Source: Hydrolagus colliei
Lineage: Eukaryota
Reading direction: 5' to 3'
Assembly: GCA_035084275.1 (NCBI GenBank)
Contig: CM068757.1
Location: forward strand, 7,998,001 to 8,062,000
DNA: 64,000 bases
The notes below the pieces were generated by a model. That model worked only from the letters and a program-made list of their open reading frames with translations, had not been told where the DNA came from and did not search any database. Positions within the stretch are counted from its first letter, which is position 1. Every line of letters begins with the position of its first letter. A program made the position numbers and the translations under genes. Below are positions 11,805-23,957 of this stretch, piece after piece.

Positions 11805-13035
11805 GTTTCCAGGGTAAGGATATTTGGTTAGATTCTGGGAATAGATGGGGTTGATGTTCAGGTCAGATTTGGTTGAGTTAGAAACTGGGGAGATTACTTG
11901 GTTGGTAGGAGCTGGGTAGCAAAGGTAAATTACATTGAGTTAGAGTGAAAAACGGAAGTGGATTTGACCCACTTGAAATTAAAATAAAAATAATTTGATT
12001 AATTTAGGAGCAGAGAGAAGCAATAGTTTAAATTGGTTTAAGGGTAGGAAGGTTGGCAGATGTTTCAGATAGTTTAAGAGTTAAAAAAAATGACGTGTGA
12101 TTGGGCTGGGAAGAGAAGAGAAACATGGATTAGGAAAGGGAACAAATTATATTTTATTAATATTTTATTTTATTAAAATTAATATTTTAATAGTGAAGAG
12201 ATAAAAAATTTGGTCAGTTTGTTAATAAAGCTGCAAATGGCTCTAGTTGAGTTAGGAGCAATTTAGTAAACAAGAAAAAGTTTTTATAGGTGAGGAGGAA
12301 AAGGACATTAGATTTAATTTGTCTCAATAAGACTGAGATCATTAGATCTGGAGTACAAGGAAGGAGAACAATTTTGTTCAATTATGAGAAATTAGACTGT
12401 TTCGGATGAACGGGGGAGATGGATTAACTTGTTTTTGATTGAGTTTTAGAAAGTCAGAAGGTGATCTTGGTTTAATTTGGATATAACGATAGGAATGGTT
12501 GAGTTGGAGATAAATGGTTAGGTTTTGAATTGTGTTTTAAATAAGCGAAGAGGAGGAAGGCTCAGTGTGTTTAGAAATCGCAGAGGAAATTAATGTATTC
12601 TGATTAGGTACAGTTTGTTTAGGGTAAAGATGAGGGATTGATAAATAGGAGGGATTAGTTAAGATGAGAGGTGGATTCCATACTGTTGCATTAAGAAGAA
12701 TGAAAGGTTGAGAGGAGATAGGATTGAAAAGTCGGGACTGAGCAGTATTATCTTTAATGAATTTAGGTCTAACAAATGTTGATTTGATTGGTCTAGAATC
12801 TTAAAATAAGGGGAATCTGATGGCTTGACTATGTGGTACAAATGGCAGCAAACCATAATCAGGAACAGAAAGAGAAGATGGGCTCGATTGAGAAGTGAGG
12901 AAAGGTTTAATCTACTTTGGAAATACAGGAAAGATAGATTTAACTGGTTTAAGACTTTAAGAAAAGTCAAATGAATTTCGCTAGCTTAACAACAACAGGA
13001 ATGGAAATATATTCAGTTGAGTTAGGATTATGGAT
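11805..13035. repeat. Decayed ~30-bp minisatellite / C-poor strand-biased tract
   Basis: Recurring TTGGTTGAGTTAGGA-like motif (e.g. 11869, 12243, 12495, 13015) in G/A/T-rich, C-poor sequence. Confidence 0.55.
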
Positions 13036-13909
13036 AGAGTTGTGGATTTCTGAATAGTCTCAAGTGTGTAACATTTTATCATTGAATCAGCTCAGCTCCT
13101 CTGCATTTTTCAACTTGTTTGTTGAACTTCTAAACTGAGTCACTCTTCCTCTCATTGAAATGAATGAAAATGTGACGTTGACGGCAAAGAATTGCAAATG
13201 CGCTGGAATTTACAATGTCTAAACTCTTGAATTACAGCTTGAAATTGTATTATATGGTAATTGTTTTGATTGCATTCTCTGAAGAGTCCAGTAAGTGCTG
13301 CGGAATATTTTTGTGAGCAGAATTCCTGGGGAATTTTTAATCAGAATTTCTCGGATGAATTTTAATATTTTCTTCACTATAACTAAATTTACCAAGTCCA
13401 ATTTCATACCAGGCATCGCATTATAGATATCATTTTATTCAGCTCAATCTTCTCCACAATTGTATGTGTCCAATCTGTGCTGCCTTGATACAGAATGAAA
13501 GCATTGAAAATAAACCCAGATGACTCATTTTTTTCCCCACCCTAACTGAAATAAAATAAAAATGGTAAATTATTTTGCAGATCACATATCTCAGATAGGA
13601 TGCTGAATAATATAATGATTATATAACTTTCTGGGCTTTGGAATTGAGCTCAGAAAGTTTTTAAAACAAACATGAGTTTTCTCATGCTGTAAATTACTCC
13701 TGGTTGGGACCTGGATTGACACCAGTATCAGCTTCAAAGTTACACCAGTACAAAGCAGTGTGTGCAAGTTCCTCTGTAAGTGGTGTCCCGATAGTGTTTT
13801 CCATTAGCGCTTCAAAGAGATAACTGTCTGGCCGACCATCATAGAGTATAACTGTTGTGAATATCAGAAAGGACGAAAAGAGTGTGCATAAGATACACAC
13901 AGTGACACC

Positions 13910-14052
13910 ACTTTACTCCTTTCTCTTCGACCGCGCCTTTGGTCACCTTTCTACCCCTGCCCCTGGCTCGGTCCCGGGATCCGCTACTGTGAAGCGCTCT
14001 GAGACGCCGTCCGGCGTGGAGGGCGCTAAATAAATCAAAGTTGTGGTTGTTT
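13910..14052 (+). mobile_element. L2 LINE 3' end
   Basis: tttctcttcgaccgcgcctttggtcacc (FLFDRAFGH), then agcgctctgagacgccgtccggcgtggagggcgct stem-loop and a gttgt tail. Confidence 0.85.
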
Positions 14053-14193
14053 TTGTTTACACTATATTCCCTGAGGGGTTTCTCATTTTAGACTCTGAGC
14101 CCCAAGCATTGGACCCTGAAGTACGATTCATATGTGGCTAACACCCCACCCACCACAACTGGGATAATTATATGCTTGTACATGAACCGCAAA

Positions 14194-14478
14194 CACTTGC
14201 CATACAAAGCAGAGACCTGGGTTTAAATCGAGGCAGGGCGAAATCTTGGGCAAGTTTCCTTGCCCCACATGCCTAATAATAATCCCTCAAACAAAAATTG
14301 GTCACTTCAATCCATGACTGTTTGTGGGACACCGCTGTGCGCAATTGGCTGCCATGTTTCACCCACATATATACACACACATGTATACACATGTATACAT
14401 ATATACAGTCAATTCACTTGACAGTATATTCTGTGAAGCGCTTTGAAACATCTAGTAGATGTGAAAAGTGCTATATCA
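14194..14478 (+). mobile_element. tRNA-derived SINE with internal CA/TA microsatellite expansion
   Basis: gagacctgggttt...gggcaagtttcctt...gactgtttgtgggacaccgctgtgcgcaattggctgcc...gtgaaaagtgctatatca; low-complexity insert at about 14366-14406. Confidence 0.9.
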
Positions 14479-15215
14479 GGGGATACACATTTGACTTTCT
14501 TGTGCAGATCCAGGGATCCTCTCCATGTGCTTGAATGTGCCACGTGCCACGTAGACAAAGTTGACACACTTCTCTGTGAGGAAGGGCACATTGAAAAAGT
14601 GTGCTAAACAATGTTTGATGGCGCACCAGTCAACAGCATTCTCACTCTCCTCACAAACACCCTGCAGATACACACAATGCTAACCTACATATACACACAA
14701 ACACACCACCATCATTAGCAAATCAGCAAATTCCTTCATCAATTGTCATTTCTATGTTTCTCAAGGAATTTTGACAAAATCACTGCGGGCAATGGGGGAG
14801 TCAACAAAATATCAGCTCTGTGTAAACAGGGCTGGGAATATTATTTGTTCTATTTTTCCATCTTGATTCAAAGTATTCAGCAGATCAGCATTATCATATA
14901 AATAGGATCAGAGAGATATTGAGATGACTTTCACCAAATCAACATTACCTAATCAGCTACACATTATCAGATAACCTTGGTTTTTAACCTGCTTCCAGAT
15001 CCCAAAGCTCATACGTATATATTCTTAGGAGAATGAAAGCGAGCGCAGCTACACAGTTTATGTTAGCACAATAGTTACAATATCATTTAGTCTGGTGGAG
15101 CTGAAATTAAGAGAAGGGAAATTGATTGAGTCAGAAATAAATGGTAGGAAACTGGGTTCGAGCTGGAAATGACAGGGCAAAAGTAACAACAACCAGCTCA
15201 GGCTGAAATTTCAAA

Positions 15216-15423
15216 AGGGAAGAAATTCCACCTGGGTCTAGATTTACTCTATTTATTTAGTATTATAGAATGTGTATAATTTGGAAAGATCTTAACTTGT
15301 AGCCTTAATTTTGAAGCCAGTTTTCTGTATGTTCCTTTGAGAACCACGGAAAACTGGCTTTAAATTTAAGACCGAATCCAACAATTTGCCAAATTCTGTA
15401 AAATCACAAGGAATTTCTCCCCC
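15216..15423. mobile_element. Palindromic MITE (GGGGAGAAATTCC TIR family)
   Basis: Termini gggaagaaattcc and ggaatttctccccc; internal hairpin at 15304-15370; its left part matches 51550-51585. Confidence 0.65.
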
Positions 15424-16262
15424 ATTAGTCTCATAAGATAATACAACCTGTTATCCATTAGCCTTCAGGCCATTCCAACTTATAATTTAAGAGTCTTTAC
15501 CAAAATATTGGTAAATTCCTAAAATCTGTCTCAGTTTAAAAGGTGGTTTTCTACAGTTCTTTTCTAAGAAGATCACCTCAGAGCCAGTTTCTCACAAGTT
15601 GGTGTAATGCATATCTGGGTACATGCAATCGTATAGGACTTAAGGTTTACAATCCTGTGTAAATGGTCCTTGCATTTTGCATTTGATATAGTGCCTTAAC
15701 ATACTGAACCACCTCAAAGCTCTTCACGGAGTTTTCACAAATCCTGCTGTGACTCAAGTAGTTTAGACCCCCCACCGCCCACCCCCCTCCCCACCCCACC
15801 CCCACACACACCCCACAAAGTCAGAAGTTTGGAACCATTGATGATTTAGTTCCATTAAGTTAAGGAAAATTCCGACAGGTTCTTTTGAACCTTGAGGACT
15901 CAAGCGCTTTCAATAATCTGTATTCTTGTTTTCACTTCCATCTGTATTTTTCAAAGCAAATTATGTACAGTAGATTGAGGAAGGGCGACTTGCTTTTAGT
16001 TTACAAAGCAATTGCATCAGTCCATTAGACTGATCAAAGGCTTGTGTGTTTATCTCCACTACAGAATGCATGTTGCAGTAATGGTGTCTCTCTGTTCAAT
16101 TGTTCTGGAGGAACGTAGGTGAAATAACTGAAACATGTCTTTTCCTTACATCTCCAGAAATGTACACAGATTAAATAGCTAGAGATAGTTAAGTTACCAT
16201 TTCGTGAATGACCCTTAGAAGAATGTTAAGGTACCTTTTCTAGAATGTCCCTTTGTCAGAGC

Positions 16263-16600
16263 AATAACAACAAATTTCATTTGTGAAGTGCCTTGCACAT
16301 CAAGAGAACATTCCAAGGCACTTTGGATCCAAACAGGGGGTTGGGATTAGGACGAGTGGAGGGCAGGGAGGGTACCGGTAGGAAGGTGACCGAAGGCGTG
16401 GTCCAACAGCAGAGTCTTGAGAGTAGGCAAGAGAGGAAACAAGGCAAAGCGACTACGAGATGGAGTTCCAAAAGGTGGGAGCGATCAGGCTGAAGGGCCG
16501 ACCTCCAATGGTAGGGCACATGAAGAAGGCTGGAGTCCACTGAGCGGACAGGTCGAAATGGAGTTAGCAGATCACAGAGCAGGTGTTTGGTTCTTCACTG
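16263..16600 (-). mobile_element. L2 LINE 3' fragment
   Basis: Minus strand cccttcagcctgatcgctcccaccttttggaactccatc (PFSLIAPTFWNSI) ... cgccttcggtcaccttcc; (gtt)n-type tail near 16265. Confidence 0.8.
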
Positions 16601-18322
16601 ATTTCTCCCAGTGTACTCCCTGCAAAGAGTTTGTTCCTTTGCAATGGTATTTGGTCTGTTGCAAATCAAGATAAAGCAGCTCCACTCTGAATTACAGCAC
16701 CAAAGTCATGGAAACAGAAGGAATTGAAAATTCTTGACCACAATTTGTGGCCAAGCTTACAAAGGATAAAGCTATTTGCAAAGTTATGTTTAATCTGACA
16801 AGATCAAGATGGCATTTACATTCCTTTATTTGTACTTGCATTTTGGTACTGCAACAAAATGCACATGCCGTGCAAGATTGCTGGCAGAACTTTAAAAGTA
16901 AGTAGTTAAGAACTGATGGTTGACAGGTACTGTGATTATGGAGGTGATGGATTCAATTATCTGACTAGCAGGGTCTGTTACATTTTGAGGCTGTGGAAAC
17001 AATGAAAGTAACTCAAACACTTTGGTCTTTACCTGCTGCTTTCTACCAGAAGCAATTTGTATCAATGTTACTACTGTACTTTACACTGGTAGCATTAGAG
17101 GTTCAAGATTCCACCCAGCTTTAGAGAATTACCACCTCAATATTTCAGAATCAGCAGCATCTCCGAAAATGTCTAAATGAAGTCTTAACACAGGAATCCG
17201 TTCCTTTCAAGAATTGCAGAAAATCAGCTTCCAATTTAAGGTTAGATGCCGAATTTCTGGAAATCTGCGAGTTCCTCCAGTTTTAAGACAAAATGATCTC
17301 ACATACTGTACAAAGACTGGGGGGATTTTGCACTACATTAAAGCATAGTAAGAATTTCAGACAGTGGTAGGTCTTTGGTGCTGCTAGCCAACTTCCCAAA
17401 AGATTCCTTCTGCACATTGATATAGTAAAACTCGTACAAGTCAAATATATATAGATCACATAATGGCCTGAGTTGGGCATCTGTCCAGGTCGCATTCAAA
17501 AGTTTAAATTCTATGCAGGTTCTACGTAACTCATACTTTGCTTAATTTGTATTAAATGTATGGTCCCAACTGACATGATTTATACAATGTTTATTGTATC
17601 ACCATCTAACCCTCTAACCCTGAATCCTTTTAATTGTCAGGGTTTTTTTCTATGGTTGGATTTTCACGGCAGCTTAGTACTGCACTGTGTTAACAGCATT
17701 GGCTGACACTGTGTGTGTGTTACTATCCTTTGCCTCTTAGCTGGGTGGTTTGAGACTAAACCCCAGGCACCAAACGCAATGCGCTCCTACACCTGACAGC
17801 ATTCCTAACTAAAGTCGGTCCAGACAGTCTTAACTGAGATCACAAAGAACACAGACCCCAGAAAAAAGGAAGCTGTTTCGATAGATCTCACTAATTGCCC
17901 GCACTAAAGGGAACATGTATTTGTGCTTTAGAAAAATGAGGTTTTTTCTCTGTAAGACTTTTTTTTCAAGAAACATTATCAGTGCTGGTAGGGTTAATAT
18001 TTTCAACTGTAATGAAGTAAAATAATTGGCCCAAAAGCTGTTGCTAGAAAATCGATGTTAATATTTAATCAACGCGGTTTATCTGATCTTATTATCTTTA
18101 AGAGGCATTCGGTTGGACTTATCGATTGATCCAAACCCCAGAAATGTAATTGATAAATAATTAAGAACTCCCACTTTAATACATGGAGCAAAGTGAAGGG
18201 AAAGTTGAGTTGGGTTTGTGGAAGGTTAGTGAGCAGTAAGACTCTGAATTGTATAATGATTCTCGATATCCTGCTGTTTGGAGACTTCCCTGCTCCTTGT
18301 CTGCCTCCCGTCTTGTTCCCAG

Positions 18323-18331
18323 TGGAAGAAA
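18323..18331 (+). other. Candidate 9-nt microexon (TGGAAGAAA)
   Basis: Long pyrimidine tract cttccctgctccttgtctgcctcccgtcttgttcccAG, 9 nt, then canonical donor GTAAGT at 18332-18337; host gene not identified. Confidence 0.35.
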
Positions 18332-20533
18332 GTAAGTTTTTTTTGTCTGCCATATCTGCAGTAATCAATGCAATACAGCTTGAAAGAAAATCAATAATTT
18401 GTGTCCATTTACCCCTGATGTTAGAGAAGAAAGGACGGGAGAGCAAGCAGGAGCAGTGCTTCAAACACCAGAGATTTGACAAAAGAATTTTACATTTCAG
18501 TGAGCTGGGAGAAATCATTTCTCCTCCAACTTCATCAATAAGCAGTATACGATTTGAGTCGGAACTCATTAATTTTTGGAAGCACACACTTGAGGTTTCT
18601 AAACCTGCTTAGTTCCTCTTTCGTCAAATCTACTTTTTCACATTGACCTAGATCATACTCATAAAAGAAACCTGAGGAAAACATTTCCTCTGAGAAGATA
18701 ATAACTGTTTACCGTACACAACTTTCAAAGGCAGCCGTCCACAGACAGATTCCATATTAAAGGGCATGATAAAGGTGTCTGGTGTTTGTTGCTTGTCAGC
18801 AAGGAGATTGAAATGGGCAAACATTTGTCACATGCTGGCATATCATTGTAGAATATTGGTGTCACCTCAACGTGTAAATACATTTGGATTGGGTTCAAGT
18901 GTGCAATGTACTTGAGTAAAGTAGTAGGCTCACTAATGGCATTTTCATCAATATTAACCATTGACCATGGATGTTTTGTGGGCTGGTGGAAGGAAAAGAA
19001 ACCTCCTATTAAAATAAGATCAAATTTGGTTATTGAAGGCTGAAGGATTACAATAATATACAGAAATCACGATTGTCTGAAGTCTGTTGGTTGGAGATCT
19101 GTAATATGTCTGTGAATTTTTGATTCACTTGTTTTAATGTATTCTTCTGTCTCCATCTTCCTAATAGCAGAGGACTCTTTTTCCATTGGAATCCCAATTA
19201 TATAAGAATGCAACTAGCGATTACAATATGAAGAACATTGTTTGAAGCACTGAGACTAACTTACTACCTAAGAATGAGCCTAAACCCAAACCCCACCTTT
19301 TGTGATAGGTCTGAAGTGTTTATTAGGAGAGCTTTAGGCCACTATTGCCACAAGCTGTCCCAATCATCTGACGGTAGTTCATTAAGCATACATTGGGGAA
19401 AAGGCATTTAAATTTGTGACATCCAATTTTTAATAGAACTTTTGTTTTTATCTTTGTAAAATAGTCAGTGTAACTCGGTTCCTCTTTCCACAGAAAGGTG
19501 TTTTTTTCGAGATGGTTATTCCAGGTGGCCCGGTGACTTAATCCATAAAACCACTTCACTTCCAATCTGAAAGTTACACAATTCCAATCCCCCGAGTTGC
19601 CTGTAACCTGGCTTGGTTGTATGAGTGTTGTCAGTTCTGAGCCGGGCACGAAGATGGCTGGCACATATCAACTCTCCCCATACAAATCCCAGTGGATTAT
19701 CACCTAGTGACAATGACAGCAGCCAGAAAGAAGTGCCCCGTTCAGACCATCGATCACAGCCAAAGAGACATGTGGAATGACAACGCAATGTGGGAAAAGT
19801 GAAGGAGAAATAAAGTGCTCAAAACAAACAAACATAGAATACAAAAAAATCTTTGAAAAGCGGGGCTGGCTGGCAGTCATATGAGTTTGTTAAGCATCAA
19901 ATCGGCTGAAAGGATGCGGTGAGAAAGGGTGTTATTTTTAGAGGAGGAAAGAAGTGACCTTGTCTAATTCAACCCGACTTAGATCATACCTCTTGGTGAC
20001 TGATCACGGAACAATATTTGCTGTGGTTGTAGAGAATGTTGCAGCTCGGGTCATTTAACCCTTCAAGAACGAGGAAGGAAACTCCAAAGAGTAAGAATAT
20101 GATCGGACGATTAGAAGATTAGAACAGGATTCGACTGCGCACTGCACCGAAGTTGGTGCCTGAATTTACAGGAATTTCAGAAGCAAATCCCAAATGTGCT
20201 GTGCCCATAAATCTACATTGCTCAACGAGTCAGGACCTTCAGGGGAGCTGGAGCATATTGGGTAAAGGGGACAAATTATTTCCATTTGCTTCTTTCCAAT
20301 TCTTTCCATTGAATTTGCTTCCTGATACATTCTGGAAACATGGACCAGTCATCCATAGAGTATTCAAAAGAAGATGAAAGGTAAGAGCTTGAATGAACAC
20401 TATAAATGTCTCCAAGCGGTCTATATAAATTACACTAGAGTGACGTGCAGTAACTGTTTCTGTAGGCAAACCTTTGTAGAAAATTTAGGAGAAAACTAGC
20501 CATAATAGTGATACAGTTTGTGGGTGTGATCTA

Positions 20534-20700
20534 CAACAACAACAACTTGCGTTTGTACAGTGCCCTTCACACAGGAACTTCACGGGGACGGGGTTGGACA
20601 CGGAGCATTGGAAAATGGGGGAAATGGGGTGGGAGGTGGCCATAGGGGTGTCCAAAGAGATAAGATTTAAAGCAAGAATTACAAATAAAAAAGAGAAAGG
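20534..20700 (-). mobile_element. L2 LINE tail
   Basis: caacaacaacaacttgcgtttgtacagtgcccttcac, the reverse of the L2 terminus. Confidence 0.7.
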
Positions 20701-22309
20701 GTGAGAAGGAGTGATAGAAAGAAGGATTTTCTTTTATCCGCAGACGATAGATCTAAAGAAATCATTTTTTCATGAGCAAACCTGTAATTAAATATACTGG
20801 GGAATTCACTGGCTACTTAACATTGCTGGTAAGTACTATTTATTGAAATTTGAAAGTGCAGCCCCCAGTATTCCTTTAAACCATATCATTAGAAGTTTAG
20901 ATATTTATTACCAAAGCATGTCATGTATGATGTGTGCTGAACTTGCACTTCAGCTCAGAACCAAATGAATACACTGTATAAATATATATTTTGGGGTCCG
21001 CTTTATAGCTTCGTTGAAGTTTCCATCTCATGTTATAAAAATAAATGCGCATAACAAATTAAATCATTAGACTGGGGCAAAACAGCAAGCTGAGACGGGT
21101 GTGAAAGGAAATGCTGAACCACTAAATTCAGTCTGATGCCAACCAAACACAATCCATGAATCACACTGCCCCATTCGGTTACCGGATTGTACAGGGTTAA
21201 TGGTAGAGCTGTAATAACTGGCATCAGTGTCCCTAGCCTTAGCCCTTGATCACTGATCAATGGTCAGAGAGTTCTGCTGGAAAGTATTCCCCCCAAAAAA
21301 ATTCCACCTGCTATTAGCTTGCCACTTGGTGCAGCTAGTAGCCAAAACACCATTTCAGACAACACACATTGCTGAGGCAAATTATGAGCAGTTTTGTGCT
21401 CTCGGACGACTAGCCTATACAAGCCAGGATTATCACCTGGATTGCTATATTACATGGTGAAAGTTTGGTGATTCATGGAAAGGTTGATCCTGTGCTAGTC
21501 AGCACAAATCCTCAAGGCTGGAGTTTTGGCAAGTAAATATATACATTGTGTGCAATTATCGGTATCGAGCTTTCTTTGACAGATCGACAATTCTGTTAGT
21601 TCCCCAAGGTATCCTTTATAGCATCACATTGGCAGAAGTGTTGTGTGGAACCTGTCGTAAACTGACAGTGTTACCTCAGGTAGAGAGCTGGACTGTGGAA
21701 TTGGCCAGGTGATGGGAAGGGAGTGTTAGTAATAGCCCAGTGATGGCACAGACAAGAAATTAGCAGAGACCAGATTGTGAGTCAACACTGCCTTCTGAGT
21801 CAGGCAGCTAAATCTGTTGAGAGCTGGTCCCGAAATACAGTCATTTGTTGGTTCCGAGCAGCTTTAGGGTCTGCTACAACAACAGTGCTTTAAAATTCAT
21901 AAATGCTAATCCCCTCATAATTTACAGTTTAAGCGTCAGTCCCACTCTCACACCCCGTGGCTAGCGCTCTGTCAGAGTAATTACACAGTCAGGATGAAGA
22001 CTGTGACTGCTAACTGTGACTTTAAAGGTGACAGGAAATCCTCCACACCGGCAACCTGCCAAATAGGTTCACCCAAACAGAGATGTTATCGAGCCGTTTT
22101 ACAGTTCAATCTCGGTGGAAAAATCCCAATTTTAAGCTTTATACATCATCGACATTGCAGACAGGTGAATAGCCATTTAGATGTCCCAAACTCGTGTGGT
22201 CTAATTTGCGATGTGTCTAATTGAAGAATTGGTTAGAACTCCTGTCCACAGCCCCCCATACCCCCATCCCCCTCTCACCCCATGGAATTCCACACGGCAT
22301 CAGATCAGT

Positions 22310-22408
22310 GGTGTTCTGTAGCTCATTGGTTAGTATTCGCCTTGGCAAACAAGAGGACCTGGGTTTGATTCACGGGCAGGGCGAAAGGATTATTATCATC
22401 CTTATTAT
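22310..22408 (+). mobile_element. tRNA-derived SINE head with internal deletion
   Basis: tgtagctcattggttag (A box), ctgggtttgattcac (B box), gggcagggcg, then directly aaggattattat. Confidence 0.75.
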
Positions 22409-22763
22409 TCATAATAAATGTGGTCCCGGGTGGAATTTTACTGTCGGTTAATAAAAAAAGATGCTCCATTCTTCAGTGTAACAATCCTTTAAATGATAGC
22501 TTTCAATAAATTCAATATTTATTCAGCGCATTTTACCTCAGATCAGGCTGTATTGTTACCGTTTGAAGACAGAAAAAGTCTTGACTTGAAATGCTGCAGT
22601 GAAATTTATATGTTTTGTGTTTGACTTTTTTTTCCCCCACTTCTGACCTTTCACATAGACGTCTTAACAAGTGTTTCACAGAGACCTGCTGTTACTACAG
22701 TATTGAATCTGGGATTAAATGTACTAACCAAAGTGCATGGAAGTATTGACGTCTCACTTGCAT

Positions 22764-22797
22764 GTGTGTGTGTGTGTCTCTCTCTCTCTCTTTCTCT
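22764..22797. repeat. (TG)n(TC)n compound microsatellite
   Basis: tgtgtgtgtgtgtgtctctctctctctctttctc. Confidence 0.9.
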
Positions 22798-22996
22798 GTT
22801 AGATAGTTCACTTAAAGTGAACTACAACCAAAGAGCTCCCATTAATTCTTCTGTGGAAATAAAGAAAGACTTCTAAACCTTTTTTCAAAAAAACACTGAA
22901 AAGCTTTAGCTTTTTCCTGGATAAAGTGGGATATGTAGGTAATAGATGAGGTGGTGGTGGAGTAAATGAAATAATTATTAAATGTTTTTATCCCCA

Positions 22997-23070
22997 TTGG
23001 CACGTCCTCCTGACGTGAAAGGCGCTACACAGTAATTTTAAGTGTCATTTTGTTGTTGTTGTTGTTGTTA
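22997..23070 (+). mobile_element. L2 LINE terminal remnant
   Basis: cacgtcctcctgacgtgaaaggcgcta ... (gtt)n. Confidence 0.75.
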
Positions 23071-23104
23071 TTACCAGAAATAAATTAACGTATGATCCAT
23101 TCTT

Positions 23105-23520
23105 GCCATTAACCTTTCAAGGCCCACTTGCTGTTTTCTCTGCCCACCTCTGCCAAGCCCTGGGCCCCAACATCTCCTTATGTCATCCTTGATCAAGCCT
23201 CCAGGAGGTGCCCAAGTGCTGTGCATTTTACTCGCTCACAGGACCACACCAGGCTCCCTTTCCTCACTGCAATGGGTGAGACCCTCTCTGGAGGCTTAAG
23301 AACCTTTGCTTCTCTTTGGATCCCTACCTTGTCCTTGCCTCCTTCAAAGCACACCTCAACACCCTCCTCTTCGACCGTGTCTTTGGTCAACTTCCTGCCC
23401 TTACCCTCCCCACTCTCTACCCATCCTGATCCGAATCATCAGCTCAGGTGTGGATCCCTGATTGTCCAGCACCCTGGCATATCCTCTTGACGTGAAAGGC
23501 ACAATACAAATGTAATTTGT
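23105..23520 (+). mobile_element. L2 LINE 3' fragment
   Basis: ctcctcttcgaccgtgtctttggtca and terminal gacgtgaaaggcacaatacaaatg; pyrimidine-rich ORF2 C-terminal remnant. Confidence 0.75.
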
Positions 23521-23689
23521 CACTGTTCTCCACACAACATAGTCTCTCTGAATGAGAGGCCAGAGCACATGTAGATGAGACCTGCTGACGTCAATTATGA
23601 CGTCATTACCACAATGAATGCCTGCAGTGGGATCATGGGCTGTTCAGTCAGCCTATTGGTAAAGAGGTTTATTCACCTTGTTGTCACAC

Positions 23690-23935
23690 GTGGAGGGAAT
23701 TGACAAGATACAGAGTGGCCAACTCACTCCACTGGCAGAGAGATTCCAACCAAAGGGAAATAATCTTGGAGCTGAACGGGTAAGAAGTGAATTCAGGACA
23801 TGTAATCACTCGAAAGGTTGTGAAAATGTGAAAGGCACTGATCAGGAGTGGTATGAATTGACTGAGATGTTTAGAATGAAGGTAGACTGATACTTGGAAG
23901 ATAAGAGTAAAAAGCGGGCAAATGGGATGAAAATA
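23690..23935 (+). mobile_element. CR1 LINE 3' fragment, decayed
   Basis: Translation GIDKIQSGQLTPLAERFQPKGNNL...RVRSEFR parallels the CR1 C-terminus at 40614-40886. Confidence 0.55.
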
Positions 23936-23957
23936 GAAAAAGGTACAACAAGGTTTT

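Noticed and set aside
11805-13035. CRISPR-like repeat-spacer array
   Set aside because: Repeats are highly degenerate, linkers share the same compositional bias, there are no cas genes, and the context is vertebrate.
18069-18612. Longest ORFs (172 aa minus, 139 aa plus), overlapping
   Set aside because: No recognisable domain; composition typical of random AT-rich ORFs; both lack an ATG start.
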